Shown here: in pieces, positions 12,822-24,940 of the stretch
Position numbering within the stretch: position 1 is the stretch's first letter
Layout of the letters: each line of letters begins with the position of its first letter
From: Lepidodermella squamata
Taxonomy: Eukaryota; Animalia; Gastrotricha
Reading direction: 5' to 3'
DNA: 64,000 bases
Assembly (NCBI GenBank): GCA_047495785.1
Contig: JBLDXI010000002.1
Location: 1,488,001 to 1,552,000, forward strand
Made by a program: the position numbers and the translations under genes
Notes under the pieces: model-generated
What the model was told of the DNA's origin: nothing
What the model saw: only the letters and a program-made list of their open reading frames with translations
Database searches by the model: none

Positions 12822-13950
12822 ATGGAGACAATATCGGAATTCTGTAATATGTGGCAAAACTTGTTCAAAGACGCGCCTTCACTGGCTAATTGGAACGAAA
12901 TGGATCTCGAAAATATGATTGAGTGGGCTCGTCATTGTGAAAAAGTGAGTCAATTGATACCTAAAAATTGATAATTCACGTTTTTTTATTAAGGCGATGT
13001 TAGAAGAGCTGAAGTTAACAGAGCCTGGTACCTCCGCTGAAGATTTGGAAACGTTCAACAGTGGAGTTGTTGAAAACTTCCCTTACCTACCACCCAGTTC
13101 TAATTACGCCATAGAACTCGCGAATGCTACTCAAAACATCATAAAGGTTCGATTTCAACTACAAAATTTGAAGAAAGCCCAACTTGTAATTTTGTAGGCG
13201 CTGATTCAAAATCCTTATCTCTCCGACCATTTGCTCAATCATCTCATTCGAGTTCTATCTCGCAGCGATAACAATCTATCCGAAAGTATCATTTCGTCGG
13301 TTGAAAATTGCGTTAGCCAGAAAAATCTAGCCGAAATTTTGCTGAGCCATGACGCTGTAAGCCAGAATCTTTCACAAAACATGCCCTTTCAAGCAAAAGC
13401 AAAACTCATCGCGAACAGACTGATCTGCATCTGGAAATTACTGCCGCCGCCTGAAATTAGCAACTTCTTCAAGCAACCGATGGAAACTGAAGAGACGGCT
13501 CGTGAAAAGTCGATTGCTTCGATTTTGAACGAAAATTTGAACTCCTGCTCGCCTGCTGTTATTTTATTCCTCCTAAAAGAAGTCGCCTTAATTAATGGCT
13601 TGAACGAAGTTGTGTATCACTGTACTTTGAGTAAGCAATTTCAAGCGATGGAAAGTGTTGGACCCGATTCCGATGATATTGTTGGCTATGTTTGCGTCAA
13701 ATACCCCGGATTTTTCAACTACTATCTCTTGTATTTGCTGCGTAAACTTGGCCAAATCGAAGGATCTTCCCTGGATGACGATAAATCAATTGAAGAATTC
13801 GACGTGTTGAGGCGGAGATTTCGAAATCTTGTCAACGCTGATGCAAAAATTAACAGAGCAGTGAAAAAATTGTTAGCTGACCGGCGGGATCGGCCGTTAT
13901 GTGATCGGCGAGAAATTTACGACCAACTACTCTCAGAATTGAACGGATAG
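12822..13950 (+). CDS. FANCF-like helical protein (3 exons: 12822-~12944, ~12994-13146, ~13198-13950)
   Basis: N-terminal WNEMDLENMIEWARHCE and LIQNPYL resemble the FANCF W-D-x6-ALxWAxY and LLxNxxL motifs as I recall them. Introns are short GT-AG. Orthology is unverified. Confidence 0.55.
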
Positions 13951-14071
13951 ATAACCTAACTCAGCTATTTACTACTGATCTCTTGATTGTTCCGGTAATA
14001 AAATTTACAACGAATCGTTCACGAGGTTTTATTCTTGCAAAAAAGATCGGTTATTTTAATGAGGATCAAAA

Positions 14072-15373
14072 TTATTCTTGTGTAACATTTTCGCCGTCTT
14101 CATCGTCGCTCTGTTGACGGTTCAAAGCACGGAGTCTGCCAACGGGCTGCTGATTCGTTTTTCCCTTCTTGTTCAAATTCAAGTTCAAATCAGGGGGAGA
14201 GGCCAACTCTGATTCTTTCTCGTATTCTTCGTAATCGTCATCTTGAGAGGCGATAGTTGAAATCGCAGCTAGAATCTGGACGCCAACATCGATAACAGCG
14301 ACTAGCACGACAGCCCGGCGATTTTTCAGACCTAAAACTGCCAGGGTTGCTGGAACAAACGACTGTTGGGTGATTTTATCCAAAGCAGCGAGTGCCTTCA
14401 AAAATATTAAGTCATTAAAATAGATGAAACTCCACGAAATTACCTCTCCTAATCGACGCAGGTCAATCAAAGCTTCGAACTCTGATTCTCGAACGGCTGA
14501 ACCGCGTGGCAGGTTATTTGACGCTCCGCCAAGTGCGAATTGCTGTTGCGATGCTTGATTGTTGTAGTCGGCACAGTTGAAAACGGGGAGATCGTTGAAT
14601 TCAGCCTCAGCGTCGAAAGTCATGTTATCCATTTTAAAGCTGAGCAAATGACGGCGAGGGTCGATTCGCAATTTCGCAATCGTTTTGCCATCCTAGAAAA
14701 TTAACAATTAATAATCTCAATTTTAAGGAGGATTTATTCGCACCTTGCTTAGGCTAGAAAACCGGTCAATAACCAGCTTAATGTGCCTGAGATCATTCGG
14801 CATTCCAATACCGCACGGAGGAATGTGATCGGTGAAGAACGAAGGCACTTCTTGGTACGAAGGCCAATGGCGTCGAGCAACCCATTCGAGGCCGAGTTTG
14901 TGATCGAGAAAAAACGAAGAAATTCCACCGCTTACGTCAACTCCGTCCATACCGGCGTCTGGAACCGAGGTCGACAGCTGCTCACGTCGCACGACGAGAC
15001 AAGGTTTATCGCCCATTTTGGCTAATTTGATCAGAAAAGACAGGCTGCGGTCGGTGGAAGATTTCAGCGTGAAAGCTCGAGCGAGGGGTTCAGTGTCTAA
15101 ATGCATGTAAATGCCGTCGTCCTCAGGTACCATAGTTTCTATCGCGTAGTCGGAAAACATCTGCTGGATATCAAGTTCGCACAGCAACGCGGAAACGCAT
15201 CGACTAGTTGCAGAGGCGTTACTAAATGTAGCTGCACTGGTCGGCATAACAAAGGAGACTCGGTCTTTTCGCAGAATTAACACAACCACTTTCGTCAGCT
15301 TGTGAATCGCACTGGTTATGCGGCTTAGGGCGATCATCTGCCCAGGTTCGACGCATTTCGCTTTAAAACGCAT
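14072..15373 (-). CDS. HUS1: Checkpoint clamp subunit HUS1 (exons 15373-14744, 14692-14444, 14395-14072)
   Basis: N-terminus MRFKAK...LSRITSAIHKLTKVVVLIL matches the Hus1 pattern, as do IKLAK..KPCL and RRHWPSYQE. Confidence 0.85.
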
Positions 15374-15441
15374 AGTAAAAAACTAGGTGAATTCAGAAAA
15401 ACACGTTTTATTTCGCAATAAAAAACAACAGACGGATAGTT

Positions 15442-16356
15442 TCAATCATCATCGTCGTCATCGTCATCTGAAGATTCATCAGAGAAAGACCCAGGATCTT
15501 CCATGGGCCTGTACGACTTGGGGCGCGCGTAAAGCGGAGGTCTGCCACGAGGACGGCCGCGGCCTCGCACAGGTTGGCTACTTGTCGGCTGCTCTTCTTC
15601 CTCTTCTTCTTCATCGTCGACGAAATACGACTTCCGCTTCTCTTTCGGTGCAGGAAACATGACGGGATCGTGTTTCCGCAAAATTTTTACCAGATGAGAC
15701 GGAATAATTATACCCAGATCGTCGGCATGCCATTTTATGTCAGAAGTTAAAGCTCCGGGAGTGAAAATGATATCCTGGCAGAAGTTGCACAGGAAAACGC
15801 GTTGACTGCGGCGGGCATTCGGGCGTTGCTGCACGCAGGCAGCGTGGAAAAAACATCGACAAAGAGTGCACTGCATCGTCGGAAAGCCCGAGTTAATTTC
15901 AGCGCACACGCCAACAGTGCAAGGCTTGAAAACATTCTTCGAGATCATTTCTGCTGCGCGCTTTGCCTGCTCTTCACGCTGCCGCTGAAGGGCCATCTCC
16001 TTTTGGCGCTGTTTTTCCATTTCATCGACTGTGGGTGGCTGCACCTGAGGTATTTTCGTAGGATATGGATGATTCAGTGTAGGGCGCCCCTCAGGAAAGT
16101 GATTTGAACAAAACATAGTAATTGTTTCCGCATCAAGCCACGGAGCTTTTGTCAGCAGCGGGCGAATCCATTGCAAACGCTGTTGTGACCTTGTCTTCGG
16201 GACAGGATACATGAAAAAAGGTTCCGGACAGCCACATCTGTTGTGCAAGTAGTCGCGGTGAATTTCGCAAGGAGTTCGAAACCACTTCAATAACTTGTCC
16301 TTAGTGTTAGGGCAGTGTGGCACTGCACAACACTTAGGCTTTATTTTCATCGCCAT
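15442..16356 (-). CDS. Intronless THAP-type zinc finger + PHD finger + AT-hook + acidic tail protein
   Basis: THAP: CCAVPHC...W...FCSNHF..PYPT. PHD (C4HC3): CTVGVC...QCTLCRCFFHAACV...FLCNFC. AT-hook: GRGRPRGRP. Poly-D/E tail. Confidence 0.85.
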   Translation of the reverse strand: MAMKIKPKCCAVPHCPNTKDKLLKWFRTPCEIHRDYLHNRCGCPEPFFMYPVPKTRSQQRLQWIRPLLTKAPWLDAETITMFCSNHFPEGRPTLNHPYPTKIPQVQPPTVDEMEKQRQKEMALQRQREEQAKRAAEMISKNVFKPCTVGVCAEINSGFPTMQCTLCRCFFHAACVQQRPNARRSQRVFLCNFCQDIIFTPGALTSDIKWHADDLGIIIPSHLVKILRKHDPVMFPAPKEKRKSYFVDDEEEEEEEQPTSSQPVRGRGRPRGRPPLYARPKSYRPMEDPGSFSDESSDDDDDDDD

Positions 16357-16979
16357 TTCTAAACAAAATCAAGTGAATATCAATATACTAAACCTTGAGC
16401 AGCATAAGCAATTAAACTTGGTGAAAAAATCTGTAAATTATTATGGGCTATGGGCTCCACTCCTTGCTATAATTTACTTGCTAGGCTGACAGAAAGTTGC
16501 TCGATATTTTTCGAGAAAACTGCAAAAAGTCTTGGAAACGACCGAATTGTTAGCAAAGCTATGACGACCAGCGCTGGTCGCTGGACTTAAGATAGTGCTT
16601 ATACAAATACAAAACAAGCTCAATTGGAATTCAACATTCAACGTTTTCGACAAAAAGCTGCCAGATTGCATATGTCATTCATAGAGGACAGAGAGTTAGG
16701 GGTCTGGGATCTGGGAGCGTGCGGTTCTGTCAATAAACCCAAAAGGCTTTTTGCATTTTTCGCGCCGAAAATTCGAAATCAAGCAAAGTTTTTCAAGCAA
16801 TTTTATGTACAACAATTTGAAATAACAATTAAATTAAATTGAACAATTTTTACAGCAAATATATTTCTTGAGCTACCATGGCGACGCGGCCGGCGGTCCT
16901 TGAATTCATCGAAGTCGACTTGAATCTTCAACGACCCTCTCACTTGGGTTTATGATCACAGCTGTTCGGTCCTTCAATA

Positions 16980-19900
16980 ATGAACGAATCAAGCGCAAAG
17001 GTTACAATCTCCAAGTATTCCTCGGTGATTCTGAATGGTCAAATTCTGCTGGATGTCATCCCCACGCCACCAGCTGATACTATCAGAGTCTTTCTAAGCT
17101 CAACAGCGACAGGTAAATGCCATTTCCTGTAGATAACTATATCGTGTTATACGCAGATTAATGAAGTGAATGAGTATTTGTTTCAGCTTTTTCTTAGCTT
17201 CCGAATTCAGAGACTTATAAATTTAACGGAATTAAACTGAAGTTGCTCTTCGCTCCTATTATAGCTCTTCTTGGAGATGAAGGTTTGAAGTTACGATTTG
17301 TCTCACCAGTTTTGGCGGAAAGCTTCATTTCCTTTGTGTTTATTTGCAAGCCAGTTGATTTACGATTATATTTTTTTGGAAAATCGTGTTTTCTGATTGT
17401 ATTTGGCTTGAGACATCTTCCTATCCACTTAGATTTTTCCGACGAGCGGTCGGCGATATGGCAGACGGTTTCCCCGAAAATACGCGATTGGACGAGAGCA
17501 AAGTATGGTCTGGAGTTTCAGGTATGCATGCTAGCTACCGCGAGAATGAATTCCTAGGTAAACGTTTTTTCCTTATTACAGCTAATCGATTTGCATTGGG
17601 AGGAGAGGCCGGAGATAACGGAGGATCAGCTGACGCTGGATTTCGTCCGCCAAGAACTTAGATACTGCCATCAGACGTCACTTGGACCTTGTTTCGTCGG
17701 TCTTATTGGTCAGCGGTATGGCAGACCGCCACTACCTGTTACGATTCCCCAGGATGAATATGAAACAATTCGAAGCTCACTAGCTCGTCATTTATCTCGG
17801 GAAACTAGAGATGCAGATCTTCTCGATCGGTATTTCATCCTAGACACAAACGGTATTCCGCCTGTTTACCGCCTCGTGACTGCTGGGGACAACATCAACA
17901 GTGCCGCGCCAATCGGAGGCAAGCTTCGGGCGCTGTCAGAAGCTAGCAGGCAAAAGCTCAGTGAAGAGCTTCTAAGAGTTCGCACGCTGTTACAAAAGGG
18001 CGCCGAATTATCAGTAACCGATGGAACCATGGAAGCTCAAGCCGCCGAGAAATATTTGCGTTCTCTGTTGGATCAGGAGCTTCGCCTAGGCATTGGGGAG
18101 AGTGCGTTGGTCGACAAACGTTGCTTAGTCTTCATGCGATCTATATTGGATTTGGCTGAGCAAGCTGAACGGGGCGACGCTCTTGTGGTGCCGACATTAC
18201 GACGATATGCTGAGCTTTTAGAAGCTGGAACGAATCGGGTTCATGCGGGAGCTGTTGCCGAGCTTAGCCCTAGTAGCCAGCAAATGTTGGACCTCTTACG
18301 CGAAAACCTCATCGAGGTGAGATTACCTACGGAGAATGTTAAACAGGCTAAAGTTATCTGGAGATTCGACAAAGGCATTTGCCCGGACGTTTATACTCAT
18401 AGATCATACTTGGATCAGCTGTGTGACATTTTCTACAGCACGATAATTCATTTGATCAAAGAAAATATTGGCATCCATCAGCAACTCGTCACAGAGCCAT
18501 CCAGTGCCCACGAAAGGTTCAAGTGGGATGCTCTTCACAGTTGGTATCTGGTGCAGCAAATGAACGTTACAGACTCATTGTACATGGGATACGATTTCCA
18601 GCTCGAAGCTATTAGAAACTATGTTCGTGCCACTGTTGACGATCCGAATGGAGATAGCGAGGCCGCTCAAAATCGCCAGCCTCTTATAATTTGCGGTACA
18701 CCCGGCAGTGGAAAGTCAACCCTGATAGCCCGCTTGGCAATCGCAGCGAGAGATTGGTTGAGCGGTAGCTCTGTTATTGTTCGATTCTGCGGCATGAGTG
18801 CTGCCACGAATTCACTTCTTCTTATTCTGGAGAGCGTTTGCCGCCAACTGGAAGCTGTAATTGCTGGCCCCAGTTTCAGCTTTAGTACCAGCTTGCCCCC
18901 ATGCGAAGATTTGTTAATCGCAAGAATGTGGCGATTGATTTCAAGCGTGCCTCGTAGTATGGCTTTAGTCCTGCTTTTCGATGGTGTGGATCGACTGGAT
19001 CCACCGTTCCCTGGATGGTTACCGCCAACTCTTCCACCAAATGTCAGCGTTATAGCAACTGTTACTGCTGCCAACATGGCCCAGGCTGTTCGAATTTGCG
19101 GAATGGGCGGTATTCTCCCAGAAAGCAATATTGTCGAATTGAACGGATTGGCACCCGAAGATTCCGCTGAACTTTTGAACAGCTTGCTGGATTCTCGCGG
19201 CCGTCGCCTCACAATTGACCAAAGCCACATTTTCACGCAACTTATCGATCACGTTGCGAGTGTTGAAGAATCAGGCTGCTTACCGCCACTTTACATCTCG
19301 TTACTGGCGAGTATTGCGGAGACCTACGCATCAGATCAAATCACGCCCGAGGCAAATATTACATCGCCGTTGCCGAAATCGCTAGCCGAAGCAATAAACT
19401 ACCTTTTTGACAAGCTAGAGGCAAGATTTGATGCCAAAATTTACCCCCAGTTTTTAATTCATTGAATTCCAGATTGCACATGGTTTTACCGTTGTTTCGG
19501 CCATGTTTTCCCTGCTATCAGCTGCAGGTTGCGCTTTAACGGATTGCGAGATTGAGGATGTTCTGTCTTTAGACGAAGCGTTCATGGCCGTTATTCACAG
19601 TGGCGACATTTTCGCCGCATTGAAAAACTCGACCATAGTTCCAATTAGGCGAGCTCCGCCTGTTTTATGGATTCGGCTTCGAAGCGATTTGCGTCAATTT
19701 TTACTAGCTACGTGGGAAACAGGTGGCCAAACAGCTTGGTGGTGAGAAATTCTATTTAAAAAATTCTGGCAATATTATATTTTTTGTTTCATTTCAAGGT
19801 GGCGGCATAGTTCCATGGCGGCAGCCGCTCGCCTACGCTATTTGAAAGACGGCGGAGATGCCCATCGCCGTTTACATTCTCGATTAACCGATTATTGGCT

Positions 19901-22900
19901 TGGCTCAAGTAGCAACAATAATTCAAATTCCATGTCACTGTCCAGTGAACCAAAAACTCCAGTCAGTTCTACACCATCAATATCAGACGCCGTTCCATCC
20001 GAAGCAACACACCCACCAGCCCAAATTCAGCCAAACTCACCTAAAATAACTAGCAATCTGTTGATTCCTCAGCCAATAATTCTTCAGAAATTCGGCTACA
20101 AAACTCATAATGTTCGAAAATTGCGGCATTTACCGACCCAGTTAGCCGGGGCAGAGCGTTGGATTGAGCTTTGCTCGTATTGCCTGTTCTCCTACGAGTG
20201 GATTTATCACAAAACATGCGCTCTAGGGTTGACTGACGTGATTTTGGACTATGCGTTAACAAATGGATCTTCAAACCCAGTTCACCCAGTTGAAGCTAGT
20301 TTAGTCGCGGAGGCTTTGAGGGATATCGGTAAAACGGTTGATTTCGGGGTTATCATCGGCGATTCGGCGGACTCACCCAAGCGCCCAGCTGCGATAAATT
20401 GTCTCCCGACTGAGTTATCCGCCCGATTGCTACCCTACGCGGATTCCTCGGAAAATATTCGCAGTTTGATTGTTCAATGCGATCTATTGGGTTTGAGCCA
20501 TACTGCATTGCTGCCGCTTTTACCTCACCCATCGACCCCAGGAGCTGCGTTGCTGGCTGAGTTGACATTCCGCCCGGAAGGATCGCCGGCTAGCCCTGAT
20601 AATATGTGTTTAGTCGAAACCCCGGATGACCACATTCTCCTATTCGCTAAAACCGTGAAATCTTCGAGAATCGGCTGTTTCCAGCTCCCGGTTCCGAAGA
20701 GGCTCGGAGCCCCTGAAGGGTCATCTCAACAGCAAATGCCGGTCGCTTTGCCATGGGATGTTGAGTGCTCGGCCGGGCGGATGTTGGTCAGTGCCGAGTG
20801 TGGTTTAGTCGCAACTGTTGATCCAATGACAAAACGAGCGGTTAAATTACACGATTTAAGCTCCGGAATTTTCTTCGGCCAGCTGATACCCAGCCCATCA
20901 GAACGGTCACCTCCCCAAACGAGTGAAGCCAAAAACCCATTACTTGCGATGATTAAACCAGCCTCGCTGTCAAGGACCGAGATTCTATCGATTGAACTAG
21001 AGGCCGGGATTCTTTTTGTCTGCATTCAAGCTGGCGAGTCGGATTGCAGCGAAGTTCAGGCGTTCAATCTTCGCGAATGCCCGGACGCGTTGCTATGGCA
21101 ACAACAGCAATCGATGTCTCAAACGCCTAATTACTGGACTCCGCCGATGATTTCATCGATTATGCTGCCTGGTAAAGCGAATTTTATGACGCCGTCTCCG
21201 AGTGGTCAAAACGTTTACTGCGGAGTTGGTTCGATGATTTGCATCGCCTCGTTAGACTCCTGCCAGGTAGAATTCATCCTACCAGCTCCTGGGCGAATTT
21301 CCAGTGTCGCCTCAACTACGGACGAAAATTGCATTTTAGCCCTATGCCAGGACGATCCGTCAATTTTGCTGCTGAGTGACCACAACCGATTTTCAGCTGT
21401 TGAAGCGTTGACGTCAGACGGCGCTAGGATTCAATTTGAAAAGATCAAATTATCGCCGAATGATTCTTACGTAGCGGTCTGGAATCGGGGTATCATCGAC
21501 ATTTTGTCATGCGCAAGTGCGAAACAGTTGAATCGACTGTTGAACCCATTTGCCGCCCCTCCAACGCAAGAGGGCGTTGTTGCGAATCAAACGCTATCAG
21601 AAATGCACGCATTTTCCGAGATTATTTTCACCCCGAATGAGGAGACACTCATCGCATCGGCCGGGCGGTGGTTGTTGCTATGGAAACCAGTGAGCGGCCA
21701 ACCAATCGCGCGGCTTCAAACCGAACTTGGCGTGATTGATAAACTAATCCCGGCTGCGAAGGGTCGGTTACTGGTCAGTCACGTGAAAGGTTCGGCGAAT
21801 ATTCAAGTTTGGAACTTGGAAATGAGCTCGTTAACGGGGAATCCTACTGTACCCAGCGTCCAAGCCCCGAGTTTACCCACCCTACCCGCTGCGGGTATAG
21901 ACCACCTACCAGGGCCTATTGAGGAGTTGACTGTCGTAGCGGAGGGTCAGTTAGTCTACGCTAAGTTGCTGAAGAGCCAGATTATCGGAGTTTTTTCAAT
22001 GGCGAATGGTCGATTGGTTCGAGCCTTGGAGCACGACAGCATGGTCACGGCGGTCGTGCCAGTCGCATCCGGCCAGTTTTGCCTCGTCTCAACCATCGAT
22101 AACACCCGCAGAAATGCGGCTAATCGGCTCTGGGACGTGGTTGATAGCCGGGTTATGTGGCGTTTCGGCAACGACCATGGCTTCGCGACCGCCCTTCACA
22201 AATCCGACTGCATCGTCCACATCGCTAGAATGACCGAAGTCTGCACTATCCACGACCCGTACACGATTTTCATGTACCGCTTCAGCGCCGCCGATAGCCC
22301 GAGCCAATCGACTGACAGCTCAGCGGCGCCGCCTCAAAATCGGTTCGAAGTTCTGCGGCTGTTTTTCGAGGTTCGCTACGTGTTATCGAAGCCGTTCATC
22401 ACCGAGGACGATAGCCGCTGCGTGTTCATGGTGGCTGAGTCGTTCGATGACCGTACTGATGTGTATTCCGGCCGGGCTGTTTGCGTTTGCGACATTTCCG
22501 GGTCGAACGGGTCGTCGCAAAATACCGGAATCGCCATGTTTGGCGTGTCGCAATTGTCAGATTTCGTGAATGTCTCCGAAATACTTTCAGTCCAGCCCTG
22601 CCCCGGGTCGCCTAATACCGTCATTGTTTTCTACGCCAGTTCGGTTTCGAGAATGTCGAACCGGTCGGGCGTTACGAATATTGACACGAAGGCGATGAAC
22701 TCGCGGGCCGGGTCGATTCTATCAACCGCGCCGCAGTCGATGCCGAACTCGCGCCGTAGCCAGCGCCCGATCACCGAGCCGGGTAGTAAGCCGCAAACTG
22801 CTGCGACTCAGACGATTAAAACAGCGAGTCAGCAGGGCGTGAAAAGCGATAATAGAGATGTTGGGTTTTTGATTCTGGACGTGACGACTGGCACGGTTAT

Positions 22901-24490
22901 TCGCTGTTGCGATCACTTTTTGGCGCCTAATAGCCTGCCTCTCTCGATTTCGCCTGATTTACACACCTGTCTAGATGCAAATGTAAGCCGATCCTTACTA
23001 AGAATATATTTTCAATTTTCCTGGTTTTTTAATTTAATTTTTTTTCGATTGAAAAAAGGAAATATACCGTAATTTGGCATCAGAAAAACTTTGGCGGAAC
23101 CAAAGTCGAAGTATGCCAAAAGTCAATTTTTGGCGAAGCATTAGTTCTGAATTGAACACTCTTATATATTGAACATCTTACTTATTCTATTATCTTATAG
23201 AAAATGTTACGCTGAATTTAATGCTGATTTTTAGGATTATTTTGGTCAATCTTGACCCGCACGAAATATCCGAAAAGTGATTTCAGGCCACTAGAAAATT
23301 CCAAAATTAGGTTCCGCTCACCATAAATTTGTTTCCGTTGAAATGAGGACTCATTTGGCATTGGAGAAAATAATGTTTTTGAACTAGGTTTCGCTAAAAA
23401 AATCGAAATTCGAGCCTCAGGTGGGCAAGGTGATTCCTGATTTTCTCGTTAATTCTTAGGAATTTTTCTGAAGGTCGATTTTCGCTCTAAAGTTGAATAT
23501 GGAGAATTTTAAGCAAAATACGCCGAGTTTCCAACTTTCAGCCCTGAAAAGTAACCTTCGAAGCCTAAAGTTACGGTACTAGGGACTAAAGAAAAATCTT
23601 CAAACGTTGAATTTCAGGAATTTCGGCAGCTTTTAGAGAAAGGTACATCATCTTTTCTTGAATTTCTTGCTATTTTGGTTAACAAAAATGGACCGAAAAT
23701 TCTAAAAATGAACAATTACTTCGAGGCCTGGGAACTAATTATTGACTCTTTCATCTCTTTTTTCCAGGGAGCTATGTACGATTTGGTCACGTGTCAAATG
23801 CGACTTCCAAGTGTCCACGAACGCGGCTGGCCAGCCAAAACGTTCCTGCATGGCGGCAAACTAGTCGTATTTGCCGAACCGCCCGGCGACTCCAGCAACA
23901 ACCGCCTCCAAGTTCTGCGAAGTTCCGACTGCAAACTCGTCGGCTGGGTGCGCATGTGGTCTGCTATCACGTGCGCCGCGATTTACGGCAAAGACGACCG
24001 GGCTAAATTGATCATCGGCCTGGCGGACGGTTCATTTACCGCTTACATGGTCGTCGATAGGCAGACCGACCCGGCGACCCTGCAATTCGAACAGCAGAAT
24101 ATGACCGCCCTATCCGAGGTCCTCCCGAACCGAACTACCCCGGTCGCTTACGCCCAGTCGTCTGAGCTACTTCAAATGTTCGTGTTAGGGCGAAGTGGCG
24201 CGGAACGAAATGCGAAAACTGCGCCGCTTTTCATGTACAAGGAGGGCAGGTTAATGGCCCCGGCGGCTAGTGCCAAGGAGGGTATGATGACTGCGGGCGG
24301 GCGGCCGCCTTCGGGCAGCGTTTCGACTGGGACTTTCAGCAAGCGGCGCCAATCTACCGGCAAGCCGATCACGCCTCCAATGCGGCCGTCCTCCGGGCTG
24401 TCGGCTTCGACGGCCTCTTTCACTCGAGGTGGCCTTCAGCAGCACAATAGACCACGAGATTTCAGATCAGCGGCATGCTCATTGATGTGA
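16980..24490 (+). CDS. NACHT and WD-repeat protein (NWD1/NWD2-like); exons 16980-17112, 17433-17521, 17582-19420, 19473-~19741, ~19799-22982, 23768-24490
   Basis: DUF4062-like IRVFLSST..DFSDER...GLEFQLIDLHW; LGPCFVGLIGQRYG; Walker A GTPGSGKST; Walker B LLFDGVD; EIEDVLSLDE; NVRKLRHLP; degenerate WD repeats. Confidence 0.88.
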
Positions 24491-24901
24491 AAAAACTATT
24501 TTTCAGACTATTTATATCAATGAAATAATAATATATTCCGACGAGTGACTTATTAATTTTTTTCCATATCGAAATAATATTTTTCCATGATTTTATTTTT
24601 CTGGAAATTTACATTCTGCTTTGAAAAATTTGAAAAATAAAATAACTATTTTCACTTGTTCTTATTTGCGTTATCGCTCTTCTCAGAAGGAAGAGCCCAA
24701 GAAATCGCCCGAAGGCTCATTGAATGTTCCCGCGCACGGAAATCTTTAGTAAAAGGCGAAAGATTTGTACGTTTTGCGTGGAAACCAGAGTAAATTTAAA
24801 TGCCACCGTTTATATGTCCGCATTTTACAGTGATAGTAATCAGACCTGGCATTATTATTTGGTTATTCCTAAAAATAAAAAATAAAAATAAAAAAAAAGT
24901 T

Positions 24902-24940
24902 CGAGGCTGCCAGGAGTTGAACCTGGAATCTTCTGATCCG
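24902..24940 (-). pseudogene. 3' half of a tRNA-Arg(ACG) gene, followed by an oligo-T tract
   Basis: The minus strand reads CGGATCAGAAGATTCCAGGTTCAACTCCTGGCAGCCTCG, nearly identical to the 3' half of metazoan tRNA-Arg(ACG), including the T-arm/B-box. The 5' half is absent. Confidence 0.8.

Noticed and set aside
24900-24920. LTR retrotransposon primer-binding site
   Set aside because: No TGG (CCA complement), no adjacent LTR end, and the match extends 39 nt, too long for a PBS.
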